Both the position numbers and the translations under genes were made by a program. From Candidatus Hermodarchaeota archaeon (lineage in GTDB: Archaea; Asgardarchaeota; Hermodarchaeia; Hermodarchaeales; Hermodarchaeaceae), in assembly GCA_016839365.1 (NCBI GenBank), contig JAEOUH010000070.1, positions 68,166-132,165 on the forward strand: a DNA stretch of 64,000 nt. The letters are read 5' to 3'. Numbering within the stretch: the stretch's first letter is position 1; every line of letters starts with the position of its first letter. The notes under the pieces are model-generated. The model saw only the letters and a list, made by a program, of their open reading frames with translations, was not told where the DNA came from and did not search any database. Of the stretch, positions 26,770 through 36,195 are shown in pieces.

Positions 26770-27882
26770 TTAATTTCCGACTAATATGTTCATATCAACG
26801 TCAGAAAAGTATCGGAATGCCCGTTTTCCGAACTTTTCCTCCAAGGCTTTTCCGTAATTTTGCAATGCCTTCAGAGTAGCTAATCCACCAATCTTCTTAG
26901 TGAAAATTAGTTTCATCTGCCAACCTCGTATCCGAAGATATCCTGTTGGTACTTTCCAATCATTAGCCAACCTAACAATCTCCGCTTCCATGCCTACCTT
27001 GGCAAGATTAGGGAAAATAACGTTTTCCAGAGTACTCACGGACATTAACGCGGTTTCACTTCCTCGGTTATCCCTATACGTTTCAGGATCAACAACAAGA
27101 GCCTTCCCGTTTTTCTCCTGCAACTTACCATGAACGGCTAAAATTAATAGAAATCGGAACAAGTATTTGACCCGATTTTGCAACCGTCCCTGTTGAATTG
27201 CTAAATCTGCATCTACATCTGCAAGAGTAGATTCTTTCACACTTTTCAACACCGAATGCAGCTGCTTGAAATCAGCTGCTTGAACACCAGATAATGAATC
27301 AGGAAACTCCACAACCTCCGCCTTCAAGAGTGGAACCGTCGGTGCTTCAACAATCTCATCAGAACTTAATTTCTTCCTAATCAGTTGTAAGCGAGCCACC
27401 GCCTCAAACGGCTCAATGTATTTGCTATACTCTTCATCAGTGATGGGCCTACCATGCCTGTTCTCATAGACCTCCCGGGTCCAAGTCCCTCCATGCCTTT
27501 GTTCAAAGTCACAAGGAAACCGAGAACAATAAGCACAGTTCTTAATGCCCATATTCGTCACGCATTTTCGCACCTGACATCCTTTTCGAAAACGGGCATG
27601 CCAGTGAGTCGCATCTTTTTTGTTGATTTTATCGTCCGGTGTCAAACACAATAAACAGGGCTTCTCAGTAGGAGAATACCCCAAGAGTGCTTTGGCTTCC
27701 TTTCGCATTTTGGGAAATTCTTCATCAGAAATGTGCTTCCGTGTGATGGGCGACCAGGGACATTTCGCACAATTCATCCCACATTTTGATACAACTTCAC
27801 TCATATCATACCACCTTAGAAAAAAAGGAATGACTCCCTGACCACTGCGAAGATCTTCTATATAATCAGGGAGTGTTATCAC
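26770..27882 (-). CDS. DUF3795-type Cys-rich domain fused to a ~200-aa C-terminal domain of unknown function
   Basis: CGMNCAKCPW...CLLC...CQVRKC...CAYCSRFPCDF matches the Cys spacing of the stand-alone DUF3795 protein at 61327-61776. Confidence 0.6.
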   Translation of the reverse strand: MITLPDYIEDLRSGQGVIPFFLRWYDMSEVVSKCGMNCAKCPWSPITRKHISDEEFPKMRKEAKALLGYSPTEKPCLLCLTPDDKINKKDATHWHARFRKGCQVRKCVTNMGIKNCAYCSRFPCDFEQRHGGTWTREVYENRHGRPITDEEYSKYIEPFEAVARLQLIRKKLSSDEIVEAPTVPLLKAEVVEFPDSLSGVQAADFKQLHSVLKSVKESTLADVDADLAIQQGRLQNRVKYLFRFLLILAVHGKLQEKNGKALVVDPETYRDNRGSETALMSVSTLENVIFPNLAKVGMEAEIVRLANDWKVPTGYLRIRGWQMKLIFTKKIGGLATLKALQNYGKALEEKFGKRAFRYFSDVDMNILVGN

Positions 27883-27894
27883 AAAGTGAATCTG

Positions 27895-28437
27895 TTAAAT
27901 CACGAAGCAATGGAAGAACGTCCGCCCACCACCAGAACCGAGCCCTGCCATATCCTTCTGGTAAATACGAAGTGTAAATCCTGCATGCGGTTCTTCCTGC
28001 TCACCGATCTTCCGATACCCTAGCTTCTCGTAGAAGTGATGATTCCGCGTATGCCACTCCGGCGTATCCAGAATCCACCGTTTCGCTGGAAACGCTCGAT
28101 GCACGTGATTCATGGCATAACTCCCAATACCTTGATTCTGAAACTCCGGATCAAGAAAAATTGTTCCTAATACATTCGAACCTTTTTCGGGATAATTCTC
28201 AAAGATCAAGAAAGCACCGATTACTCGATCGCCAAGCTGAATCTTCCAGCATTTCCCTTTTTTCATCCATTGTCGGAAGAATTGTCCATTGTTGTAGCCA
28301 TCGGGACCCCCTTCTGGTTCGCCACGGAACCGCTGAGAATCGTCATTAAAGCTTCGTGTCATCACTTCTGTCATCACTGGAATATCGCCTTCTGTCGCTT
28401 CTTGAAACAGTAGCTGTTTCAAATCGATTTTCGCCAT
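27895..28437 (-). CDS. GNAT family N-acetyltransferase
   Basis: The acetyl-CoA loop is FQNQGIGSYAM. The start was chosen at ATG 28437 (MAKIDL...), preceded by AAGGAG; the ORF extends to 28476. Confidence 0.75.
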   Translation of the reverse strand: MAKIDLKQLLFQEATEGDIPVMTEVMTRSFNDDSQRFRGEPEGGPDGYNNGQFFRQWMKKGKCWKIQLGDRVIGAFLIFENYPEKGSNVLGTIFLDPEFQNQGIGSYAMNHVHRAFPAKRWILDTPEWHTRNHHFYEKLGYRKIGEQEEPHAGFTLRIYQKDMAGLGSGGGRTFFHCFVI

Positions 28438-28485
28438 CCTAATTTCAACTCCTTTCAAACTTCCTTTTCTTTCCATTGAGGTCCT

Positions 28486-28974
28486 CTACTTTGCTATCGG
28501 GTAGTAAAAGTCCAGAACCATATCAGGTCCTGCATCCGGGTCATGAGGTTTCTCAAGGCCTGGATGGCCTCGATATTTGTACCCATGCGCCTTTGCCCAT
28601 TCTTCTAGGCGCCACCAGGATTCCAGGAATCCTCGTTCTCTAAAGAATTCTGATTCTAATTCTTCTTTCAACACACAAGTCGTTACGGCATACTCGCCGC
28701 CATCAACTTCCTTTACCTCAACCACGTCGTCTGATTCGATATCATCACCTACACGAATCCAGAACATGTAGCCATATTCGCGTTTGCCTGGTTGTGGAGG
28801 CGGTTCATTAAATCCAAAGATAGGGTGCTTATCTAAATTACCCAGCAAACCCTTTTCATCCGCCCAAGCTCTCATTCTTGCCCAAGCGTCCATTTCGGGT
28901 GTTTCGCTAATCACAACTACACTGGCTACACGCATTGGGGGAAGTGTTACTATCCGAATATCTTTTTCATCCAT
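28486..28974 (-). CDS. GyrI-like (effector-binding) domain protein, stand-alone paralog
   Basis: IRIVTLPPMRVASV...FGFNEPPPQPGKREYGYMFWIRV...GGEYAVT...LEKPHDPD aligns along its length with the C-terminal half of the adjacent 29009-29893 product. The start is set at ATG 28974, which avoids overlap with that gene. Confidence 0.7.
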   Translation of the reverse strand: MDEKDIRIVTLPPMRVASVVVISETPEMDAWARMRAWADEKGLLGNLDKHPIFGFNEPPPQPGKREYGYMFWIRVGDDIESDDVVEVKEVDGGEYAVTTCVLKEELESEFFRERGFLESWWRLEEWAKAHGYKYRGHPGLEKPHDPDAGPDMVLDFYYPIAK

Positions 28975-29008
28975 TTTTTTCACATTCCTTTTACATATAG
29001 GGAGAAGA

Positions 29009-29893
29009 CTACTGAATCTCCTTAATGGGCTGATACAGATCCAACACCAGCTGCTCAAAGGGGACATCCTGATCATGCGGTTTCTCAAGTTCTTGTCGCG
29101 AAGTATCCATCTCGTATTTCTCGCTCAGAATAACCCAGTCCACGAGTTTCTTCCAGGATTCCAGAAACCCATGCTTCTTGCCATAATCTGATTGCATTTC
29201 TTCCCAAGGCTTACACGTCGTAACAGCGAATAAGCCGCCCTCATAGTCTCTAGCTTCGATTTCCCCTTCACCCTTGAAAAGAGATCCCATCCGAATCCAG
29301 AACTCGTAACCGTACTCCTTCTGTCCTGGAGAGGGGTTCGGGTTGTTGAATCCGAAGACGGGGTATTTATTGTAATCGTCCAACAATCCTTGAGGCTGTG
29401 CCCATGCTCGCATTTTTTTCCAGGCATCAATCTCGGGTGATGCACTAAAGGCTCGAAAGCTCGCCACGCGCATGGGTTCAAGCTCCACTACTTGTACAAA
29501 CAAATCTTCAATCTCCTTCTCCTTACGTAGTGCATAGATCTTCTCGATATACCGCTTCGTCCTTGTCGATTGTAGCTGTTCGTATCGACTAGATTCCAGA
29601 TACGAAGAACTAATGACGGTGAGAAATGCCTGGCCATCGGGGGTTATTTCATATTGCCCTCGCCCAGTTTGCTTAATCACATCAGCCTTCACCAGTAATC
29701 CCAGATGATGGGATAATGCGGTTTTTCCTAATCCCGTGAGTGTCCGCAGATCGCCGAACAGTCGAGGACGAATCAGCAAGGCGGACAAAACTTGTAACCG
29801 CTTCTGGTTTGCGAGGGCTCCCAGCACAACGGCCAGGTCTTTTCCGAGTTTTCCAGTCACGTTCCATGCGGTTTCTGTATCAGTATCGTTCAT
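29009..29893 (-). CDS. ArsR-type wHTH fused to a GyrI-like effector-binding domain (putative ligand-responsive regulator)
   Basis: The N-terminus LGALANQKRLQVLSALLIRPRLFGDLRTLTGLGKTALSHHLGLLVKADVI has the ArsR/SmtB HTH pattern. The C-terminus VELEPMRVASFRA...FGFNNPNPSPGQKEYGYEFWIRM...LEKPHDQD has the GyrI-like pattern. Confidence 0.7.
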   Translation of the reverse strand: MNDTDTETAWNVTGKLGKDLAVVLGALANQKRLQVLSALLIRPRLFGDLRTLTGLGKTALSHHLGLLVKADVIKQTGRGQYEITPDGQAFLTVISSSYLESSRYEQLQSTRTKRYIEKIYALRKEKEIEDLFVQVVELEPMRVASFRAFSASPEIDAWKKMRAWAQPQGLLDDYNKYPVFGFNNPNPSPGQKEYGYEFWIRMGSLFKGEGEIEARDYEGGLFAVTTCKPWEEMQSDYGKKHGFLESWKKLVDWVILSEKYEMDTSRQELEKPHDQDVPFEQLVLDLYQPIKEIQ

Positions 29894-30060
29894 GAGAAGA
29901 TCCCAGCGAGTGGGGAAGGTGCTGAAGTCCTTTTTATTTGTTTCGGAAAAATTGAATATTAGTTCTAAAAATACTGAACATCTACTTCGAAGATTTCAGC
30001 ACACTGGCTTTTTTGTAGCAACTCCTGAAACCGATGCCATCCACTGCAATCACTAGTCAT

Positions 30061-30570
30061 CTACAATGATATTCGAATTACATACGTCTTCTCTATTTTG
30101 CCTTCGAATCCAGACATGTACATGTAACCACCTAATTTGTAGCCTCGTTTTCGACAGATGGCTAAAGCTGCTGGATTGTAAGCGTAATATGTGATTTCGG
30201 TTTGTTGTTTTCCTCGCATGAGCTCTTCGAAGTAAGCGAAGAATTGGGCACCATACCCTTTGCCCCGATGTTCTTTTTTGAGCCAAACTTCATGAAGCTC
30301 TATTATGTCCATCTTCCCACCAAATAACTCTCGCAACATTGCTCGATCAGCAGCATCTCGTGGGTTGCCTGGTTGATGTTCGTCGGTTGAACAATGATGC
30401 CAAATGGTATGCCCCACAATCTCATCATCCTCCCGCCAGATGATTAGCTGTTCGGGATTCTGTTTGAAATACATCAATCCATTTTCCCTGCCTTCCTCAT
30501 TCTCTAGGACCGACTCGTAATATCGGCAAAACTCGTTGTAATCACAGCCCAGCTCAAATACGATGGTCAA
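30061..30570 (-). CDS. GNAT family N-acetyltransferase
   Basis: VWLKKEHRGKGYGAQFFAYFEE contains the R/Q-x-x-G-x-G/A acetyl-CoA loop. Confidence 0.75.
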   Translation of the reverse strand: MTIVFELGCDYNEFCRYYESVLENEEGRENGLMYFKQNPEQLIIWREDDEIVGHTIWHHCSTDEHQPGNPRDAADRAMLRELFGGKMDIIELHEVWLKKEHRGKGYGAQFFAYFEELMRGKQQTEITYYAYNPAALAICRKRGYKLGGYMYMSGFEGKIEKTYVIRISL

Positions 30571-30699
30571 AATTAATCACCATCCCATTAGTCCTCCATA
30601 ATCTAGATGGGTCAAATCTCACAATAAAAATATCGTGGTGAAAGACCTCACGTACACACTCAACCTATGGACAAGAAATGAATCCTTTGTCGAGTGGAT

Positions 30700-31257
30700 T
30701 CAAAGCTTCTCTGCGAGCTCTTTACCCACCTGGCGAGCCTTTGCTAAGATGCTTGATGAGCTGCTCACCGCTGAGCGGTCATCTGACCCAGGCGCAAGAA
30801 CCGTGGCAAGGTGGTCCATATTCAAGTAACTGAACACATCCTCGAACATGGCCACAGTGTGCCTTGCATACCGTTCCGAGCCACCACCCATAGGAATCGC
30901 CAACACAACCTTCCTGTTTCGAAAGATTGCACGGCTAATGCTCACCCAACGATCAAGAAACGCTTTGAACTGGGCCGAGGGTCCCCACCAATAGATGGGT
31001 GTTCCCAACACCCACCCTAGGCTTTGCTGCATTGTTGCTGCCAGTTCATTCATGTCATCGTCTTGGATGCATTTTCCCACCTTGGAGCAGGCGAAGCACC
31101 CCTTACAGGGACGGATATCAAGGTCATGAAGGACTACTAGTGATGTTGAAGCACCAGCCTCATTCGCTCCAGCAAGTATCTCATTCACCAGGGTTTCCGT
31201 ATTGCCATTCGAGCGGGGGCTCCCGCTGATTCCAATCACTCGGTGTTCACGTCTCAT
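30700..31257 (-). CDS. NADPH-dependent FMN reductase / iron-sulfur flavoprotein family
   Basis: IGISGSPRSNGNTE, CKGCFAC and LGTPIYWWGPSAQFKAFLDR. Confidence 0.75.
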   Translation of the reverse strand: MRREHRVIGISGSPRSNGNTETLVNEILAGANEAGASTSLVVLHDLDIRPCKGCFACSKVGKCIQDDDMNELAATMQQSLGWVLGTPIYWWGPSAQFKAFLDRWVSISRAIFRNRKVVLAIPMGGGSERYARHTVAMFEDVFSYLNMDHLATVLAPGSDDRSAVSSSSSILAKARQVGKELAEKL

Positions 31258-31748
31258 ACCATATCGCCTCCTTCTACAAATTCTATTTTGCCTTTACAGC
31301 AGGGGTCACCGTCAAGAAGGCTGGCCATACGAATCAAACGCATCTTTGGATTGTACGCTTTCAAAAGGGCAAAGTCCACTTCACAGTATAGCCGACCAAT
31401 ATCCTCAACCCCACGCTCCATCCACGCTTCGGCATAACAACAGTAAATGGTCCCTTCATCACTGTATTCCCAACCACTTTTAGGTAAATCATTGAACTTG
31501 GAGAAATTCTCCATCGTTAACTCGAGACCCGCCTTTTTGACCCTTTCATGGATCGCTTTTCCCCTTTCCGTCCCATAACTTTCAACAGCCTTCTGAATTA
31601 ACTCTTTACCCTTTGCGTCACCAAGTTCATCGATCAAAGTCTTGGCAAAATGATAGAAGAGCAATCCAACTTGGTTTCCCACTTTTCGTACTTGCTGTGC
31701 ACAGTCCTGTTCTGAAATCATCGATGACATCAACCTTTCATCTATCAA
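31254..31748 (-). CDS. ATC-hydrolase-like (L-2-amino-thiazoline-4-carboxylate hydrolase family) protein
   Basis: The pattern ...ESYGTERGKAI...CYAEAWMERG...LYCEVDFALLKAYNP...GDPCC fits this family. There is a 4-nt overlap with the downstream flavoprotein gene. Confidence 0.5.
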   Translation of the reverse strand: MIDERLMSSMISEQDCAQQVRKVGNQVGLLFYHFAKTLIDELGDAKGKELIQKAVESYGTERGKAIHERVKKAGLELTMENFSKFNDLPKSGWEYSDEGTIYCCYAEAWMERGVEDIGRLYCEVDFALLKAYNPKMRLIRMASLLDGDPCCKGKIEFVEGGDMV

Positions 31749-32042
31749 AGAGTCTGTGTCTCGTTATATTGAATGGAGGTTCAGTTTTCTAGGCAGCTTA
31801 TAATACTTCTTCCCAACGGAAAGCTTTATATCATACTTCAAGAGCATGTTCTCACTCACTGAGAAAAATAAAGTCGTTCGATGCACCCACTTTAAGTGAC
31901 CTGAACCATCGAACACCAACGGGGGAAGAACCAAGCAGCACTCAATTAGTCACAATCGGTGACCTCATGAAGTGAGTCCCCCTTTAATAGGCTCAGGCAC
32001 CTGGGAACATCAGCGCACCAACACAACCGAACGTGGATAAAC

Positions 32043-33629
32043 ATGAGTATCCTGAGCCGAATGTTTGGATTCAAAGAGGATTCCCCCCAAGCTAACCGCA
32101 TCGCCCTAGTGGTGATGTCACTCGGCTCTGCATGGTCCATCGCATTTCAACTCTCAACCACCTTCTGGATGATCTCTATTGCTACGCTATTAGGAGGCGG
32201 TGACTTCCTTGTCGGTATGGCGATGGTCGGGCTCCTCGTAATCATCCGTATCGTGGTCCAAGTCGTGTTAGATTATCCCACCGGAGGTATTGGCGATTGG
32301 ATAGGCCAACGTTGGATCATCGCATCGGCCTTAATCTGCTATAGTATAGCCTTCTTTCTTACTGCCTACGCTGTCTCAGTGGTATTTGTACCGTTTTACA
32401 TCTTCGTCCTTATCTACGTCCTTATGGGCTTAGGGTCTTCACAAGAAAGCGGTGCTATGCCTGCTTGGTTCGATAATAACTATCGTGTTGCCATGCCAAA
32501 AGACAAAGATCGCAAACAATATGGTGTCTTCTGGGCCCGCGCAGGAACGGTGTTTCAATTCATCTCAACCCTTGTCTTGATCCCAGGTAGCATCCTTGCT
32601 TTCATCTTCGGTCGGGGATGGGTGTTCCAAGTCCAAGGCGTCGTTTTCATCTTACTTGCCATTATGGCTTTCATCTTTATTCGTGATCTCCCCGGTGCCC
32701 GAAAACAGGCAGAGCAGCGATCTGGATTCCGTGAATACGGTCGCCTCCTTAAAGATGGCATCCAGTTCATGGGATCTTCAAAATTCGTAACTTTCACCAT
32801 GGCAGGTGAAATGCTCATGTGGGCCATTGGTATCGTATGGTGGGAAATCCTGCTGTTCCCCCTCTATTTCTCCTATTTACTTAGTGATATTGCTGTGTCC
32901 GCATTCCGCACCTCGATGTTTGCACCAATGATCGTCGCACAGGAGAGGTCAGGTGTTGTTTCGCAGCGGATGGATCCGGTGAAGTGGATTCCTAGGCTTC
33001 GGTTTATTCAGTTTATGGGAGTTGCCTTTTGTTTTGGGCTCGTATTGATAACCGCAGTTTTTCCACCACCATTTGCTGTGACTGAATTCATTACGGTCTT
33101 CATTCCGTTTACTGCCATTCCCTTCATGACCTTACCGTTCGTATCGATTCTTCCAGTGATTCTGATTTGGGTGCTTTTCGTTTCTGCTGACTTTATCGGT
33201 CGAATGACTGAAGTGCTGAGCGGGCGTGTAATGTTGGATGTTTTTCCCAACCGCATTCGCAATTGTATGTATAGCCTTCGCCCGACTATCGCATTTCTAC
33301 TCTCAATCCCTCTAATCTTCATAATTAGTCAGCTCTTACCGTTCGTTGGATTTCCTGGAGTATTTGCGATTGCTGCTGCCGTAGCTTTAATTGGGGCTTT
33401 TCTCATTCACAGAGGATTCAAACACCCGATTCCCAAGGATGAATCCATCGACGAGCTTCTTGGAGAAGTTACTGATGAGGTTCCGGAAATCCCTGAGGCT
33501 CCAGTGGTAGGCATTCCTGAATTACCTCTCCCCGCTGAGGCTCCTGCCCAAGCCTACAAGGAACTTGACAAACGAGCGATGGCAACCGAAGCATATCAGA
33601 AAACAGAAGAAGTCTATAAGCCCAAATGA
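32043..33629 (+). CDS. MFS-like polytopic transporter with a Pro/Glu-rich C-terminal tail
   Basis: About 12 hydrophobic segments. The loop 2-3 motif DYPTGGIGDWIGQRW is a degenerate MFS D-R-x-G-R-R. The tail is EVPEIPEAPVVGIPELPLPAEAP. Confidence 0.55.
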   Translation: MSILSRMFGFKEDSPQANRIALVVMSLGSAWSIAFQLSTTFWMISIATLLGGGDFLVGMAMVGLLVIIRIVVQVVLDYPTGGIGDWIGQRWIIASALICYSIAFFLTAYAVSVVFVPFYIFVLIYVLMGLGSSQESGAMPAWFDNNYRVAMPKDKDRKQYGVFWARAGTVFQFISTLVLIPGSILAFIFGRGWVFQVQGVVFILLAIMAFIFIRDLPGARKQAEQRSGFREYGRLLKDGIQFMGSSKFVTFTMAGEMLMWAIGIVWWEILLFPLYFSYLLSDIAVSAFRTSMFAPMIVAQERSGVVSQRMDPVKWIPRLRFIQFMGVAFCFGLVLITAVFPPPFAVTEFITVFIPFTAIPFMTLPFVSILPVILIWVLFVSADFIGRMTEVLSGRVMLDVFPNRIRNCMYSLRPTIAFLLSIPLIFIISQLLPFVGFPGVFAIAAAVALIGAFLIHRGFKHPIPKDESIDELLGEVTDEVPEIPEAPVVGIPELPLPAEAPAQAYKELDKRAMATEAYQKTEEVYKPK

Positions 33630-33983
33630 ACCAGTTTAATTTCTGTGAAGTGACAATTCTTTCCTGAAATATTGGGTTGGGGTGGTAGTTCCAGGCTTTT
33701 GTATACGTGACAAAACCAACCCGTGTCTTTATAAGAAGTAATTCTATTTAATCTATATATTCTATAAATATACTATTAAACGCTTGCGCCCCTGCCAATA
33801 CTGTCACCACACCGAGCGTCTCCTGTGCAGTGAACACAAAATCAACAAGGGCTCGGAGTGTTGTTGCCACTGTGACCGGGCTGGGTTTGAAACCAAATCT
33901 AAAGCCATCAAAAACAGATGTTCGCAAATGCTGTTCTCTTTCGCCTTTAGTCTTTATTGACCTGTTGTAATGCTCTTCCATTA

Positions 33984-34544
33984 CTACTTATCTGAGGTAG
34001 TGGGCTGTGGGCGCCATGGTGTGGATCGAGGAATCCATCGCGGAACATTCAACTTGTATTCTCGATACTCGTTCCCGAATCGTTTCTCCAGATTTGGTTC
34101 TTCCCATCGGATAAACCAGATATGATTCAAAACCCAGAAAATTAAGAACATGACAAAGATAAGCGCGGCCCCAAAAATAAGCGCTTCGCCAAGAAGCGTT
34201 AACAATACACCCCAAATCATCGGATTGCGAACATAGCAGTAGAGTCCAACGACGACAAAACGTTGGGTGGGTGCCCATGGCGCGAGGGTGCCTTTTCCGG
34301 TATAGGCGAAGGCTCGGATAGTCTTGTACAAAGTTAGAAAGCCAATGGCAATGATAATGGCACCTAGTATGAGAGTTAAAGGATTCAGGGGATAGAGGAA
34401 TAACCAGGGATAGCCTGACCACATTGATAAGAACATGAGGAGAATGGGAATGATTACGATGACCATAAAAGGGAGGGCAAGAATGGCAAATAGGTGCTGT
34501 CTAGCGGACATTGGGGATATCGCCTGAACCCTTTTGGGTTTCAA
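33984..34544 (-). CDS. ICMT/PEMT-family membrane methyltransferase
   Basis: RFVVVGLYCYVRNPMIWGVLLTLLGEAL is the V.G.Y..VRNP.Y motif. There are 4-5 TM helices. Confidence 0.7.
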   Translation of the reverse strand: MKPKRVQAISPMSARQHLFAILALPFMVIVIIPILLMFLSMWSGYPWLFLYPLNPLTLILGAIIIAIGFLTLYKTIRAFAYTGKGTLAPWAPTQRFVVVGLYCYVRNPMIWGVLLTLLGEALIFGAALIFVMFLIFWVLNHIWFIRWEEPNLEKRFGNEYREYKLNVPRWIPRSTPWRPQPTTSDK

Positions 34545-34582
34545 GATTTATAAGACTTCAAATTTCATAGCTTCTTCCAGGG

Positions 34583-35104
34583 ATGCATATGCCAACGCTT
34601 GAAGAAACGGAGTTCAAAGGTAAAATTGCCTTTAGTCTCGGTCGCCAATTCCGAGCTATGTGGGCGATGACTCGGAATGCCATTGAACAAATCCCAGATA
34701 AGAAATGGGCTGTAGGTATCAAGACCGATAATGAATGGTTCTATTCACTCCGTGTGTATCATATGGTTGAAACGGCTGAATTCTATTCTCGGGATGCTCC
34801 TAATGGGATGCAATGGGGTGCTAGGCTTGGAACAATCAACTGGTGGGAAACGCTTACTCATGAGGAAGCTGCTAAAAAAGTGATCAAAGGAGATACTCTC
34901 ATTTACCTAAACGAGATAGCCCAATACTTGGAGCGTAAATTGAAAGGTATGACTGATGAAGAATTGCTGGCCAACGATGGGTTCCACTGGTTTACCTCAA
35001 TACTCGAGAAATACCAATACCTTATCCGGCACAATACCTTTCATCTGGGTGAATTGACCATGCAACTTCGAGCCATGAGCCATGAACGAATAAAATGGAC
35101 ATAA
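34583..35104 (+). CDS. DinB-like four-helix-bundle protein
   Basis: Spaced His residues (YHMVETAEFY, IRHNTFHLGEL) and the size are typical of the DinB/DinB_2 family. Confidence 0.5.
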   Translation: MHMPTLEETEFKGKIAFSLGRQFRAMWAMTRNAIEQIPDKKWAVGIKTDNEWFYSLRVYHMVETAEFYSRDAPNGMQWGARLGTINWWETLTHEEAAKKVIKGDTLIYLNEIAQYLERKLKGMTDEELLANDGFHWFTSILEKYQYLIRHNTFHLGELTMQLRAMSHERIKWT

Positions 35105-35323
35105 GCACTTAATGATGAATTTAGATGGGTCTCAACCAGCAAATAAATCAAAATCTACTCCATTTAACACTGAATCGTCCGGATTATGCCAATCATCTTG
35201 CGCCCAACAAAATCGCTAGAAAACCACCTGCAAATCCTTAGCAGGGCCATTGGAAACATAAAGTAATTAACCTCCTCTTCTGTCACTCAAATCACATTAT
35301 GTGACTCAAGGGTTGGTTAGTTC

Positions 35324-36133
35324 ATGGATGAATACTATGAAGCGAATAAGCGCCGATGGAATGAACTTGTTGCAATTCACGCGAAGTCTGAAGAATATGA
35401 TCTAGAAGGCTTTCTGGCTGGAAAAACAAGTCTACATCAGGTTGAATTGGATGCACTTGGTATTGTATCTGGGAAGAGTTTATTGCATTTGCAGTGTCAT
35501 TTTGGTCTTGACACCATCAGTTGGTCTCGTTTAGGTGCAAAAGCAACCGGTGTAGACTTTAGTGAAAAAGCTATCGAGTTTGCTCGCGAACTTGCACAAC
35601 GGGTAGGGGCAGATACCCGTTTCATTTGTAGTAATATTTACGATCTCCCCAAAGTCCATCAAAGCGAATATGACATTGTTTTTACTAGTTTTGGGGTCCT
35701 TTGCTGGCTTGCAGACATCAAATCATGGGGTCAGATAATTGCACACTATTTGAAACCAGGTGGAACCTTCTTTATCGCGGATAGTCACCCGTTTTTCTGG
35801 ATCTTTGATATTGATCATCCTAGCGAGCTTAAGATCAAATACTCATATTGGTATTCAGACGAGCCACTTAGTTATGATGCGGACGGGACCTATGTTGATA
35901 CGGACATAAAGTTGACCAATACGAGGGGTTATGAATGGGCTCATACTGTAAGTGATGTTCTCAATGCCTTGATCCAGGCAGGTCTCTTAATCACCGAAGT
36001 CAAAGAATTTCCAAATTTACCATGGAAACCAGTTCAATTTGCAGAAAGGAATCAAGATGGAGAATGGCATATAGAAGGAGATCTCTTACCACTATGTTGG
36101 AGTGTTAAAGCTACTAAGCCCTTAACGTCGTAA
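35324..36133 (+). CDS. Class I SAM-dependent methyltransferase
   Basis: SLLHLQCHFGLDTISWSRLGAKATGVDFSEKAIEFAR and YDIVFTSFGVLCWL. Confidence 0.75.
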   Translation: MDEYYEANKRRWNELVAIHAKSEEYDLEGFLAGKTSLHQVELDALGIVSGKSLLHLQCHFGLDTISWSRLGAKATGVDFSEKAIEFARELAQRVGADTRFICSNIYDLPKVHQSEYDIVFTSFGVLCWLADIKSWGQIIAHYLKPGGTFFIADSHPFFWIFDIDHPSELKIKYSYWYSDEPLSYDADGTYVDTDIKLTNTRGYEWAHTVSDVLNALIQAGLLITEVKEFPNLPWKPVQFAERNQDGEWHIEGDLLPLCWSVKATKPLTS

Positions 36134-36195
36134 CACAGTGTGAGAAAAAGAATGAAATGGCTCCTCTGATTGATGAGCTTCCTTGCGAAGAAAAC

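Noticed and set aside
33748-33981. A 77-codon ORF starting 2 nt after the ICMT-like gene stop (MEEHYNRSIKTKGERE...)
   Set aside because: The tight spacing is suggestive, but the product has no motif. The 3' part runs into an AT-rich probable terminator or promoter region, and I cannot distinguish it from chance. I leave it unannotated, and ribosome profiling or homology search would decide.
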